DNA of 64,000 bases from Heptranchias perlo. Lineage: Eukaryota. The notes beneath the pieces were generated by a model that was given only the letters and a program-made list of their open reading frames with translations, made no database searches and was not told the origin of the DNA. Both the position numbers and the translations under genes were made by a program. Where the stretch lies: NCBI RefSeq assembly GCF_035084215.1, contig NC_090338.1, positions 15,872,001 through 15,936,000 on the forward strand. The letters run 5' to 3'. This document shows, piece after piece, positions 26,001 through 41,000 of this stretch (its first letter is position 1; each line of letters starts with the position of its first letter).

Positions 26001-29000
26001 GAGTGCGCAGCTTGCAACAGTGATAATGTGTGACGGTGAGAGGAAGCATCTGATTGGAAGATTCGAGCACTGATTGAAAGAGTTTGATGGTATGTGGGTG
26101 ATGGGAGTGTAGTGCGTGGAGCAATGGATGTGGCTAGTGGGGCATTGGTAGGAGATGGCACTTGAGAGTTGACTTCACTCAGCTTGATCATTCATGTCAA
26201 AGCATTGAACTTCTTCCTGCACTGCATTCATGTTCGTGATGCTATGCAGCTGGCATGGACTTCGCCCCCTACTGCCTCCCACTGCCTTTTGAGCATATAA
26301 CTAGAGGGCCACTTGCCCCCTCCCCTGGGCAGATGTAGGGTGCCCCTCCTTCTGTCGACTTCTTGCACCAAGACTTCTCGTGCATCATCAGCGAACCGTG
26401 GTGGACACACTCTCACAAGTCTGGTACCAACTCAAACTGGCAGATTGGTGAAGTCCGGCATGCAGATTGGAGGATGTGGGATTTAGTGGTACACAAGCTT
26501 TATTCAATGTTTTAACATAACTCAACAGTTTGTAAGCATAGGGATGGGACCTGCATCTGTGATTTATGTGTGTGATGTCTGATCTCCGTTCAGACTCTGT
26601 GCAGACAGAAGACTGTTATTTGCAGCAAATAACAAGTACCAGCAACCTTTAAGAGCTTTCTAAGAAACAGCCTCCCTTTAAGAGATTGAGCTCCCTCTGG
26701 TGGTGGAAAGTGCAGATTGCATTGATTCCATGTGCAAGGCCTGGAACGGAACGTTGATTGCAGGCAAGTGCTCTGGTGGGTCCAAATTTGCATCATGCAT
26801 GCGCAGGGGTCATTGGGCACGGGGTACGAGCGCATCGCGCTGCTTGCATCCAAAAACGACCCCTATCGAATGTTTTCCCCAATGTCTTTAACCACTGCTC
26901 TTTGTTTTCTGTTTTGCAGCCAGCTTGCTATCCATTCTGCTACTTGTCCCCTGATCCACATGCTGTGACCTTAGACATGAGACTACTCTGTGGTAACTTA
27001 TCGAAGGCCTTTTGAAAATCCAAGTATATTACATCTACTACATTACCCTTGTCTACTCTTTCTGCTCCTTCTTCAAAGAATTCAATAAGGTTGGTCAAGC
27101 ATGACCTTTCCTTTTGAAATCCATGTTAACAATACTTTATTATTTTTTCGGTTTCTAGATGTTTTTCTATTACATCTTTGAGTAAAGGTGACACCATTAT
27201 CGTTCCGACCACCAACATTAAGCTAAAAGGTCTATATTTCCCTGGACTTGTTCTATCTCCCTTTTTAAATCTAGGAATAACATTAGCTGTCCCATACATA
27301 TATAGTATATGTAAATTAGCTCATCTGTGGACAGATCCCAGAGCAGATCATGGGAAGGGTAAAAAAAAGTGAAGGAAATTCGGGCGGATAGGTTTTGGGG
27401 TGGAAAACCAAAGGAAACAGTTTTTTTCCCATTTCGCTGTCAAAATAAATTACACTGGGAGTACGGAATTGCTGAATTTACTCAGAGTCAGTGAACTCTG
27501 GTTGGGAGGTCCCCTTTAGGTACAAATCTGTTCACATGTGCAGTCTTCAGTAAGCAGATACAAAAGAGACATATGCTGGAATTGGGAAAAGCAGAGACAA
27601 TGCCACCCTAGTGCCAAACCTAGCAACCACTTTATGTGAGTGTGTGGACACGCAGTATGCAGATATCTTGTGTTGGCAGCATGCTCGATTGTACAATGTT
27701 TTTGTACATTTGGAAAGTGGGTGAACAGTTGTCAGAGAGTTGGGCATTTTCCCACCTTGATGCTCCATCAAGCTTGCAGTGAAATGCTGATAGCATGAAT
27801 TGGAAAGTAAGATTGTAAAAGAAGGCAAAGTGTGAGCACACTTATCTTAGCTACCCTTGGGAGATCAGCAAATGTCTTCCTCATCTAAGCCTAGGACCAC
27901 TAATGGTGTGTAAGATGGAGGAGAGAAGGGAGCAGAGGAGGCAGAGGCTGCCTTGATTTTGGACAAAAATGTCCATGAACTCTTTGCATTTGTTATCAAA
28001 GATCACAATGGAGGCTCTGGGGCCGAACATACAAACATACAAACATATGAAATTGACGGGCAGGAAATGACCAGCTGGCCAATCAAGCCTGCCCCAGACC
28101 ATGGTGGCTGGATCACCATGGCGAAATACTTCTTCCCTCCCCCGACCTCCCTCCCTCACACCCACCCCCACAGCCATGTAAACTCCTGGGAGAGGCAAAA
28201 ACAGAAAAAAACCAGGGTCAATATAGAATCATAGAATCATAGAAGTTTACAACATGGAAACAGGCCCTTCGGCCCAACATGTCCATGTCGCCCAGTTTAT
28301 ACCACTAAGCTAGTCACAGTTGCCTGCACTTGGCCCATATCCCTCTATACCCATCTTACCCATGTAACTGTCCAAATGCTTTTTAAAAGACAAAATTGTA
28401 CCCGCCTCTACTACTGCCTCTGGCAGCTCGTTCCAGACACTCACCACCCTTTGAGTGAAAAAATTGCCCCTCTGGACCCTTTTGTATCTCTCCCCTCGCA
28501 CCTTAAATCTATGCCCCCTCGCTATAGACTCCCCTACCTTTGGGAAAAGATTTTGACTATCTACCTTATCTACGCCCCTCATTATTTTAGAGACTTCTAT
28601 AAGATCACTCCTAAACCTCCTACTCTCCAGGGAAAAAAGTCTCAGTCTATCCAACCTCTCCGTATAAGTCAAACCATCATGTCCCGGTAGCATCCTAGTA
28701 AATCTTTTCTGCACTCTTTCTAGTTTAATAATATCCTTTCTATAATAGGGTGACCAGAACTGTAGACAATGTTCCCAGTGTGGCCTTACTAATGTCTTGT
28801 ACAACTTCAACAAGACATCCCAACTCCTGCATTCAATGTTCTGACCAATGAAACCAAGCATGCCGAATGCCTTCTTCACCACCCTATCCACCTGTGACTC
28901 CACTTTCAAGGAGCTATGAACCTGTACTCCTAGATCTCTTTGTTCTCTAACTCTCCCCAACGCCCTACCATTAACGGAGTAGGTCCTGGCCCGATTCGAT

Positions 29001-32000
29001 CTACCAAAATGCATCACCTCACATTTATCTAAATTAAAATCAATCTGCCATTCATCGGCCCATTGGCCCAATTTATCAAGATCCCGTTGCAATCCTAGAT
29101 AACCTTCTTCACTGTCCACAATTTCACCAATCTTGGTGTCATCTGCAAAATACTAACCATGCCTCCTAAATTCTCATCCAAATCATTAATATAAATAACA
29201 AATAACAGCGGACCCAGCACCGATCCCTGAGGCACACCACTGGTCACAGGCCTCCAATTTGAAAAACAACCCTCCACAACCACCCTCTGTCTTCTGTCAT
29301 CAATCCAATTTTGTATCCAATTGGCTACCTCACCTTGGATCCCGTGAGATCTAACCTTATGTAACAACCTACCATGTGGTACCTTGTCAAAGGCTTTGCT
29401 AAAGTCCATGTAGACCACATCTACTGCACAGCCCTCATCTTTTTGTTGGTTACCCCTTCAAAAAACTCAATCAAATTTGTGAGACATGATTTTCCTTTCA
29501 CAAAACCATGCTGACTGCTCCTAATCAGTCCCTGCCTCTCCAAATGCCTGTAGATCCTGTCTCTCAGAATACCCTCTGACAACTTACCCACTACAGATGT
29601 CAGGCTCACCGGTCTGTAGTTCCCAGGCTTTTCCCTGCCGCCCTTCTTAAACAAAGGCACAACATTTGCGACCCTCCAATCTTCAGGCACCTCACCTGTA
29701 GCTGTCGATGATTCAAATATCTCTGCTAGGGGACCCGCAATTTCCTCCCTAACCTCCCATAACGTCCTGGGATACATTTCATCAGGTCCCGGAGATTTAT
29801 CTACCTTGATGCGCGTTAAGACTTCCAGCACCTCCCTCTCTGTAATATGTACACTCCTCAAGACATCACTATTTATTTCCCCAAGTTCCCTAACATCCAT
29901 GCCTTTCTCAACCGTAAATACCGATGTGAAATATTCATTTAGGATCTCACCCATCTCTTGTGGTTCCGCACATAGATGACCTTGTTGATCCTTAAGAGGC
30001 CCTACTCTCTCCCTAGTTACTCTTTTGCCCTTTATGTATTTGTCGAAGCTCTTTGGATTCACCTTTGCCTTATCTGCCAAAGCAATCTCATGTCCCCTTT
30101 TTGCCCTCCTGATTTCTCTCTTAACTCTACTCCGGCAATCTCTATACTCTTCAAGGGATCCACTTGATCCCAGCTGCCTATGCATGTCATATGCCTCCTT
30201 CTTCTTTCTGACTAGAGCCTCAATCTCCCGAGTCATCCAAGGTTCCCTACTTCTACCAGCCTTGCCCTTCACTTTATAAGGAATGTGCTTACCCTGAACC
30301 CTGGTTAACACACTTTTGAAGGCCTCCCACTTACCAGACGTCCCTTTGCCTGCCATCAGACTCTCCCAATCAACTTCTGAAAGTTCCTGTCTAATACCAT
30401 CAAAATTGGCCTTTCCCCAATTTAGAATTTTAACTTTTGGGCCAGACCTATCATTCTCCATAGCTATCTTAAAACTAATTTCCCAAGAGGAGGTCAAGTT
30501 TTGCCCCTCTCTAGTCGGGCCATCCACATACTGAATGAGAAATTCCTCCTGAATACACTCAACAAATTTCTCTCCATCCAAGCCCCTAATGCTATGGCTG
30601 TCCCAGTCAATGTTGGGAAAGTTAAAGTACCCTACTATTACCACCCTATTTTTCTTGCAGCTGTCTGTAATCTCCTTACATATTTGCTCCTCAATTTCTC
30701 ATTGACTATTTGGGGGTCTGTAGTACAATCCTATCAAAGTGATCTCTCCCTTCTTATTTTTCAGTTCTACCCATATAGACTCAGTGGGCGAACCCTCGGA
30801 TATATCCCCTCTCACTACTGCCGTGATGTTCTCCCTAATCAAGAACGCAACTCCCCCTCCTCTCTTACCTCCTGCTCTATCTTTCCTATAGCATCTGTAC
30901 CCTGGAACATTGAGCTGCCAGTCCTGCCCCTCCCTTAGCCATGTTTCAGTAATAGCTATAACATCCCAGTCCCATGTACCCATCCATGCCCTGAGTTCAT
31001 CTACCTTCCCCATCAGACTTCTTGCATTGAAATAAATGCAGTTTAATCTAGACTTCCCTTGGTCTTTGCCCTGCTTTCTCAGACCATCTGTCCGGTCATG
31101 TTTTGTACACTCTCCCTTACTGCCTTTTGTTTCTGTCACCACTTTACTTCCCACTGACTTCCTGCATCGGTTCCCATCCCCCTGCCACTTTAGTTTAAAC
31201 CCTCCCTAACAGCACTAGCAAAAACTCCCCCTAGGACATTGGTTCCAGTCCTGCCCAGATGCAGACCATCCAATTTGTACTGGTTCCACCTCCCCCAGAA
31301 CCGGTTCCAATGTCCCTGGAATTTGAATCCCTCCCTCTGGCACCATCTCTCAAGCCACGTATTCATCCTAGCTATCCTGTCATTCCTACTCTGACTAGCC
31401 CGTGGCACTGGTAGCAATCCTGAGATTACTACCTTTGAGGTCCTACTTTTTAGTTTAACTCCTAAGTCCCTAAATTCAGCTTGTAGGACCTCATCCCGTT
31501 TTTTACCTATATCGTTGGTACCTATATGCACCACGACAACTGGCTGTTCACCCTCCCCCTCCAGAATGCCCTGCAGCCGCTCCGAGACATCCCTGACCCT
31601 TGCACCAGGGAGGCAACATACCATCCTGGAGTCTCGGTTGCGTCCGCAGAAAAGTCTGTCTATTCCCCTTACAATCGAGTCCCCTATCACTATAGCTCGG
31701 CCACTCTTTTTCCTGCCCTCCTGTGCAGCAGAGCCAGCCACGGTGCCATGAACCTGGCCGCTGCCACCTTCCCCTGGTGAGCCATCTCCCCCAACAGTAT
31801 CCAAAACGGTATACCTGTTTGAGAGGGGGATGGCCACAGGGGACCCCTGCACTACCTGCCTGCACCTCTTACTCTGCCTGGTGGTCACCCATTCACTTCC
31901 TGCCTGTACTCCCTTTACCTGGGAAAAAAAAGTCTGTAAAATTCCTCTTCTACCCCCTCAAGCAATCGAAACCAGTCCAGAAGATCACATGGACCAAGTG

Positions 32001-35000
32001 TTATCTATAAAAACACTAACCTTCTAAATGATACATTCTCTGCCCCAGTCAGGAACCAGTCCAGCTGCCTCTTGAAGGCAGAGAGTCAGCACTCACCACA
32101 ACACCAGCTCGCAATATATTCCAGAGGCTCACAATTCTCTGGGAAAAGAAGAACCACCTAACATTCAGTCTATTCCTGCTCTTCCATAGTTTAAACTCAT
32201 GTGCCCTGGTCCTCCCCGACCTGTTAAACAGGAATAATCTATCAATAGGGACACTATCCAGCCCTTTACTTATTTTATAGACCTCTATCAGGTCACCTCT
32301 GAGTCTACACTGCTCTAAAGTAAATAGACAAAAGTCCCTGAGCCTATCTGAGTAGCTGAGGTTCTTTAACCTTGGAATCATTCTCGTAGGTCTCCTCTCA
32401 ATCTTTTCCAAGGTCACTAAATCACCCACCATGTGGGGGGACCAAAATTGGGCACAGTTCTCTATGTGCAGTCTGACCAGTGACCTGTATAGTGTCAAAA
32501 TGGTGTCCTTTGATTTATAATGAATGGGTCGATTAATACAACCCAATTCCTTATTAGCTTTAGCTACAGTTTCTCTACATTGGTCATGAACCTTTAGTGA
32601 TCTGTGTACAATAACACCAAGATCTTTTTGTCGCTCAATCTCTTTCAGTATTGTTTGTTCCCTGAAAATGATACATGTATTCAGTGTTGACCCTACCAAC
32701 ATGCATGACATTACATTTATCTCAATCAAACAACATTTGCCAATGTGTGGCCCATTCCCTCAGCACATCTAACCCTTTTTAAATTTGATTGCATTCCTCT
32801 ACCATCTTAACCCTTGCACAGATTTTGGTGTCATCTGCAAACTTACTTACCATACTCCCCACACCACTGTCCAGGTCATTAATAAAGACCGTGAAGAGTA
32901 GCAGGCCTAGGACCGATCCCTGGGGGACAACACTAGTAACATGTCTCCAAGCTGAACCATATCTGTTAACTACAACCTTTTGGTTGCGGGATTGGAGCCC
33001 ATTCCTAATCCAGCTCTTCAAATTTCTACTGGTACCACAAGATTCTATCTTGTGAATTAACAGGCTTTTGGAAAGTCCAGGTAGGCAATGTCGACCGGAT
33101 CACCCTCATCCACTACCCTAGTGACTTCCTCAAAAAACTTCTTCAAATTTGTTAGGCACGGCCTATTTTTTCAGAAGCCATGTTGAGAATTTCTAATGGC
33201 CCCTTTCCTTTCCCAGTGATCATAAAGGGCATCTTTTATGATCCCTTGTAGCATCTTCCTAATAATTGATGTCAGGCTGATAGGCCTGTAGTTCACTGAC
33301 TCTGATTTGCCCCCTTTTTTAAAAATAGGAACTACATGAGCTAGCTTTCAGTCTAAGGGAACTACCCTTACTCTATTGAACTATTAAAGATACGGGCAAG
33401 GGACTCACAGAGCACCTGTCCCAACTCTTTAATCTCCTTGGATGAATATTATCCGGACGTGGAGCCCTATCAATTTTGAGCTTTCCTGACCTATCCAAGA
33501 GGACGTTACTATCTATTTTAATATTAATAACGCTATTCAATACCAAGCACCCCTTATCTGGAACATAAGCATCGTCGACAGGAGTATAGACTGATGCTAA
33601 ATAGTCATTTAGCAACTCTCCCATAACCCGAGAATCAGTTTGAATCTGCCCTACAGTATCCTTTAGTGGCCTGATGTGGTCCTTTATGGTCTTCTGACGA
33701 CTGACAATACTGAAAAAGGTTTTCCTGTTACTGCCACAATTACCGCACCTTCTTCTTTTCCAGAGATCTCTTGGCTAATCTTATGGCTGTTTTTGTCTTC
33801 CTTAATTGCATGCAATATTTTTTCCTGTCCTCCTGCGAGTTAAATGCAGTAAGTCTGTAGAATGCCGTCTGTTTCGATCGAATTTGCCTCTGTACATTTC
33901 TCGTCAACCAAAATGGTTTTGTTTTACCATTTGCCCTTCTTTTAACCATTGGGACATCTATGGCTTTATTCTGTTTGAGAATGGTTTTAAATTGAACCCA
34001 TTTCTCCTCAGTACTTGATTGCCTATCTAGGAGAGTTGCCCAGTTAACTTTTGCCAGTTCTTCAGCCATTTTTTTAAAGTCGGTCCTCTTGAAATCTGGG
34101 ACCAGCATTAGATTGTCTGCAACCTTGGATTGGCCAATAAGATTAAACTTAACGATATTATGATCAGAGCTGGCCAGGTGTTTCCCACACAGAGGTTTGA
34201 TACAGCACCAGGGTCGCTGCTAAACACCTGATTGAGAATTTGTTTATCCCTAGTTGCCTCACCAACATGCTGTGTAAGGAAACAATCAGTTATGGGGCTC
34301 GATATTGCCAGGGCTGCGGGTTCGCGGCGGGGGGACGATTGGGTAACCCGCCCGGCGAAATCAGTCTGCCCCGCACGCGATCGCAGCCTAATTGGATCCA
34401 CTTACCTGTTGTCCTGGGTTCCCCGCTGCTGAGCTGCGCGTCGGGCAGACTGCGCATGCGCAGTAAGGTCTGTCAGCGGGAGGAGCTCTATTTAAAGGGG
34501 CAATCCTCCACTGACAGATGCTGCAACAAATAGGAAAAATTACAGCATGGAGCAGCCCAGGGGGAAGACTGCTCCCAGTGTAATGATGCCTCACTCCAGG
34601 TATTATTGGATGGGGTGAGGAGGAGGGGGAGGATAGAGATCTCCCCCCCGGCGGGCGGGAGGAAGCGGCCTGCCTCTGCCACCAGGAAGGCCTGGCTCGA
34701 GGTGGCAGAGGAGGTCACCTGCACCACCAACATATCGCCCACCTGCATACAGTGCAGGAGGCGTTGCAATGCCCTAAGTAGGTCAGCCAAAGTGAGTACA
34801 CTTACTCATTCCCCTACACTCCGTCTGCCACATCACCGCCCCCACCGCACATCTCCTTCTGCACTGCCAACACTACTCTGTCACATCACCCCTCACACCC
34901 ACTGAAACCTCATCCTCATCTTACCTGCACCTACTCACCTCGCCAGTACTCATCCCGCCACTACCACTCAACCCAATCCTCATACAATCTCATGGCTCTA

Positions 35001-38000
35001 TCTCGTACTCACCCTCTCATGCATCTCTTTCACGGTCAGCCTCACTCAACCTGCCACTACCTGTGCTGCAGCCACAGGGCATGCATCAGATATGTGCAAT
35101 GGGAAGCGTAAGGCAAACGTGTTTTGAGCATGAAGGGGATGCACAAGGGTGTTTGAGGGTTTGTCATGGTTTTTACTTATATTTAATTTCTGAGCAACTC
35201 ACATCACATATTATATTGGCACCACTACTGCCACGTCTTTGCGAAACTTGTCTGGTTTGTGCAATAATGCCCTTTCCTGAGGATCACAATGAAGACCCAC
35301 AACTGATGCCACCCATTGTGTCACTGCAGAGTGGGTGTAGGTGTATTTGCAGGGCTCTTTTGTGCAGACGACTGAGACACGTCGGCGATGTCCCCGGTGG
35401 CACCCTGGAAGGATGCGAAGGAGAAGTTGTTGAGGGCAGTGGTGATGTTGACAGCGACAGGTAAGAGGATATTGCTCGGGCCAGCTGGGAGCAGCTCGGC
35501 ATGAAGGAGGCTGCAGATGTCCACGACTACATGTCGAGTGACTCTGAGCCTCCGTGTGCACTGCTGCTCAGAGAGGTCCAGGAAGCTGAGCCTCGGCCTC
35601 GGTCTGTGGACCCTGTGGCGAGGGTAATGCCCCCTGTGACGCATCTCTCTCTGCGGTTGCCCTCCCTCCTGCTGTGCAGGTGGATGTGTCACAGCACTCT
35701 GTTGTGGAGCTCCACGTGTAAGAGGTGGACGGTTAGGCCGGCGAGGCTGTTGATGCTGTTCGCCCTCCGAGGAGGTCATGACTGCAGCTACGGCGGCCCC
35801 CATCCAGAAGATGTACATCTGAGGGGGTCCGCAAGGTAGGTACATGTCTCTGGACCCCGGGGTAAGTGTGCAAGTTGGTGAATTTGATTGTCAGGAGGAG
35901 GGTGGTGGAGGCCAAACATTGTCCCAAGTGACAGAGTGGCCTCCTGCAATGAGTGGGGGTCTTCCCCCCCACCCCCCGACCTGTCAAATGGACCTTTGCA
36001 GCTGCCACAGGCTGATAGCTGCAACACGTCCATTTCAACTGGGAGTGTTTCCCCCAGTATGGGAAACAGTCTCAGTTGATTGGAAAATCCCACCCCTCCT
36101 GACATATTCACTTAATCAGGTCTGTTAATGACCTGAAATGACAAGATAAATACTGTTAAGTGGCACCCAGCTGGCTTTAATTGCCGGTGGGAGTCCCACA
36201 TGCGGGGGCTCCGCGCGCACGTCGGCGCGTCTGTGGGGAACCCGGAAGTGTACGGGTTGGAGCCGGGCTCCCGACCCGCTCCTGGATTCCCCGATTTTCA
36301 GAGCCCCCCCGCCAGGATCGCACCCGATAGCGGGTGCTGATATCGAGCCCATGGTGTCTACAAAATTCTCATCTACTCTCCCCACTACACTAGATGGTTC
36401 CACCATCAGATCATTTAAAACAAAGAAAGTGGAAATCTCCCATAATGCAAGTTGGGTCCAGGCGAGAAGCCTCAGCAATTTGTGAATAAAGTTTCTCATC
36501 AGCCAGGGATGCCTGTCCTGGAGGTCTATAACAGGTGCCAATCATAAACCTGGGGCCATTGGCTTGGACTAATTGAAACCAAACAGCTTCAGCTCCTGCT
36601 GATGTGCTAATATCTCTTGCCATGGGAGACAGATTATTTCTGACAAATAAGGCTACACCACTTCCCTTCTGACCTATTCTATCTTTCCTAAAACAGTGAT
36701 ACCCTGCGATATGGCATTCAGCACCATCATTTAAATCTAGCCATATCTCAGTAACACCGATAACATCTGGGTTTTCTAATGTTGCGTAAGATTGTAGTTC
36801 CAGCAGTTTATTTCTAAGACTTCTTGCATTAACATAGAAGCATTTCAATGGTTTGTCAGTTAGCTGACTCTGAGTACCATTTACTTTCTGTGCTTTACCT
36901 TTAGAAAATCAAGGTAGTCTATTATTGCTACCTACCCCAGTAAAACTACTGGCTGGTTTATCTAATCTTGGCTCAAATAGTTTAAATACTCTTCAGAGGC
37001 TACCTCAAAATTCTCAGTCAACATCTGTGCACCCAGAAAGTTAAGATGGAGGCCATCCCTCCTAATGAGTGAACCTTGCCGCTGAAAGGTCTGAAGAGGT
37101 GGTACATGGTGGAGGAGGAGAGTTTGCAGTGTTCCAGTATGACCCTGGAGTGTTGGGGATATTTGCTCACAAGGCGATGATATGAAATGGCCCAGAATAT
37201 GCTCTCCACCATATGGAGGGTGAAAAGGTTCACCTAAAGTTCTGCAGCTTTTCTCTGCCCTTGTTACCTGAACAGACCAAATACCTGTGGAAAAGGAAAA
37301 ATGACGAGGTTGAAAAAGGCAGCAGGTTGTTTCCAAGTATATATTTCCCTCCTCATCCTTATCTACTCGCTGCTCCTTGATGACATCACGCACAGGGTCA
37401 ACTTCCATGTGTATGATGAGCACACCCAGCTCTCCCTCTCCTCTATTTCCCTCAATCCCATGACTACCATTAATGGGAGAGCCTTCATCCACTGTCTGTA
37501 ATTATCACAAAATCTCTTCAGCTCTCCATTTCTTCGTGCTGCTTTTAAAATCTTCTCCAAGCACAATATTTTGAATGTTCAGTGATTTCTCCTAACTTGC
37601 ACATCATTGCATCTTGTCTTTAATCCTTTTATCTATTTTCCCCTCTTTGTAAAGAGCTTTGGAATGTTTTCTTCATTAAAAGTGCCATATAAATGTAAGT
37701 TTTTGTTTTTGTTCAATTTTTGAGGGGTAAGGGAATGTCTGAGAAACAAGAATCTATTATAATGGGTCTATCTATAGGAAAGTTTTTTATCTCTATACAG
37801 CTCCTTACTGGGGTGTGTTTGTGTTGTGTCACTTCTGAAATGAATGATAACTAACAACTTACTGAAAACAAATTCTCCACAGTATTAATAATTACACAGA
37901 TCGGATTGAGGAGATTGCTATCTGATTTTAAAATGTTTGTTCTCCTTTCTTGCAGGATGCCAGAATTATATTTATTTTTTCCATCAGGAAGGCAACTTTG

Positions 38001-41000
38001 TATTTAAAGGGCCAGATAATCCTGGAAATGGCCCCATTGTCTGGGAATGGAGACCTCACTCAGGGCAACAAACTACAAAGCAATTGGGTACTTTTCACAG
38101 AGAAGACCAGTGGTGGGCTGTACGATGGAGTGATGATTACAATAAGATACCAGGCATTTCTCAGAGGATACATGAGGACTGGGGTACCCTTAATCTGAGA
38201 ATCAGAAACCCCACCTTTGAACTTGCGGGATTGTTCACCTGGACTCAGACGCAGCCCAGTAATAAAATCCTGAAACAGTGTGAAATATTTGGGATCAAAG
38301 GTAAGTGGGACAAAGTCTAGAAAAGGTTCAATAATGTGATTTTCTGTGAGCAATTGCACATATATTTCTAATAGAATTTTGGGATCATGTCATTATCCTC
38401 CAGTTCTATCACCTATTCCAAAATGAATCTCTCTTTAAAATCAGCTGGTTGTGTAAAAATCCTTTGTGCATTAGAACTAGTTTTTGCACTCAGGGCGAGT
38501 AATCTTGAATGTGAACATCAGCATTTGTTTGCAAATTTTTGCCCATCCTCCTAAAATTCTGAGACACTGACCAGGGAAGAAGTTGGAGTTGGTGATTAGC
38601 ATTTATCTGACTGTATCTGTAGTAAAAAGAAAATTCTGAATGCAATTGTTCAGAAAGTTTACATTTATGGAAAACTATATTACACGTTATTTATCTCTTT
38701 TTACAGTTGAGACAGATTCACAGAAGCCTGTAATGGGCAGTGACATCACCCTCAGTTGTACCATCTCCAGACTCTCAGATACAGTCAGTCTTCACTGGAA
38801 ACAAAGAGACTCATCTCAGCAGAACAGGAGGAACAACACTGATGAGATCCATCTGAATAACACAGTGTATCTGATAGTCAGACACGTTGGAGCAGAAAAT
38901 CAGAATTTGTATACGTGGGAAGTGCAGGAAAATGGATCCATTGTTCTCACTGGAAATATAAATATTGATATGGATCATTGTAAGTCAAAAGCTACGTTGC
39001 AGTATGTATTAAATAGTTGCTGATATAAAACTGTTGCACGCAAAATAGAGGGAGCACAGAAACCGTGTAGGATTTTACTGCAGAATGTAGTCCTTGTTTT
39101 TGCCCTGGAACGTGGGTGCATATATAAAATGGTAACATTAAGAACTGATGTAACCAACCAGTAAATGCAATGGATTCATTTTGATTCACATGTATTCATC
39201 AAAAAGAATGAAATCCATTGATCTATAATAGCAACTGTTATTTCAGTCTATTTTGGAATGGAGAAATACAAACAAATTAAAGGTACCCAATACATGTGTT
39301 ACAAGGTTATGGTCTTTCCTTAGATATTCTCTTGGGTAGAATGGTACTAGTCACTCATAAAAGTGGTCTGAGTGGCTTACATTTAGGGATGTTCTCATAC
39401 TATCCAATATCTGACTTTTTTTTATTCCTTCATGGGATGTGGGCATCACTGGCAAGGCCAGTATTTATTGCCCATCCCGAATTGCCCTTGAGAAGGTGGT
39501 GGTGAGCCACCTTCTTGAACCGCTGCAGTCCGTGTGGTGAAGGTTCTCCCACAGTGCTGTTGGGTAGGCAGTTCCAGGATTTTGACCCAGTGACGATGAA
39601 GGAACGGCGATATATTTCCAAGTCGGGATGGTGTGTGACTTGGAGGGGAACATGGAGGTGGTGTTGTTCCCATGTGCCTGCTGCCCTTGTCCTTCTAGGT
39701 GGTAGAGGTCGCGGGTTTGGGAGGTTCTGTTGAAGAAGCCTTGGCAAGTTGCTGCAGTGCATCCTGTGGATGGTACACACTGCAGCCACGGTGTGCCGGT
39801 GGTGAAGGGAGTCAATTTTCAGGGTGGTGGATGGGGTGCCAATCAAGCAGGCTGCTTTGTCCTGGATGGTGTCGAGCTTCTTGAGTGTTGTTGGAGCTGC
39901 ACTCATCCAGGCAAGTGGAGAGTATTCCATCACACTCCTGACCTGTGCCTTGTAGATGGTGGAAAGGCTTTGGGGAGTCAGGAGGTGAGTCACTCGCTGC
40001 AGAATACCCAGCCTTTGACAGTATTTATATGGCTGGTCCAGTTAAGTTTCTGGTCAATGGTGATCCTCAGGATGTTGGTGGTGTGGGATTCGGCGATGGT
40101 AATGCCATTGAATGTCAACGGGAGGTGGTTAGACTCTCTCTTGTTGGAGATGGTCATTGCCTGATTAAATAACCTAGGGGTGTAAGAATAAGACCCCCTT
40201 GTGAACTGAATTGGATATTCATGTCCATCGCACTTAGATCAATCAGTGCAAGTTGTCTTTGTATAGAAATGAACACCCTATACTTTCCCACTCTAGTGGA
40301 TCAACTACATGACTTAAACAAATTAACTACTGACTACCCTCCTACATATAAAACTTGTGAGCCTGGCCAAAGCAAACCCTTGCAGGTTTCTGTTTCAAGC
40401 CAGACTGACTTTGCAGACTTTGATGGACCTGCCTGTCTGCCTAAGTCTCTGTCCATATTTTATCTCCTTCTGTTAATAACCCGAGGGGACCAGATGCCCC
40501 CAACTCAATGGGTATGAGGTATTTATTAATTATCGATTGCTGAGGCAGTGCAACAAATTGGTTATGATCTACAGTCCACAGGGAAACAACATCAAAATTA
40601 ACTGGACAGCATTTTGACCATCTATATTTTATTTTAACTTGTATGAATACACTTTGCTTTAAAACCCAAGATTTAAAAGTAACTCTTTTTTCCAAACCAT
40701 TTTGTGGAAGAATGGTCAAAGAATCCCAAAATGCAACAACATCATTATCTGTCTTGAACAAATTTTAATCACAATTAACTAAGAATCAACACTGTGCTTA
40801 CCTCTTGTTGCTTTATAATATCTCTTTTGCTCTATTCTAACACTTCTTTATGCCATGCAATGGTCTGGGTTCTGTGATGTAGATGGCTCCTGACCTTCAG
40901 AATGAACCTTTAGGATAAGAGATGGGCCTCCTCTCGGGACTGCTGAGTCCTAGAATGGACCCACCACAAATTGCTTATCTGGGATTGGATCCTCAGCAGT

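Larger units (their letters stand above)
18736..27296 (-). mobile_element. CR1 LINE (outer element of a nested stack; pieces about 18736-19262, 24831-25328, 26884-27296)
   Basis: Minus-strand RT fragments resume across insertions; flanked by catatat repeat; absent from the paralogous intron at about 43460. Confidence 0.75.
28026..37080 (-). mobile_element. Older CR1-like LINE hosting the 28223-31921 CR1 and the 34295-36350 Harbinger
   Basis: (aacataca)n tail at 28026; RT 32049-33900; endonuclease 36411-36848; ORF1 end RRDGLHL; absent from the paralogous site at about 44120. Confidence 0.8.

Noticed and set aside
31190-31888. Host SGNH/GDSL esterase gene
   Set aside because: Directly upstream of CR1 ORF2; it is the known esterase-type CR1 ORF1.
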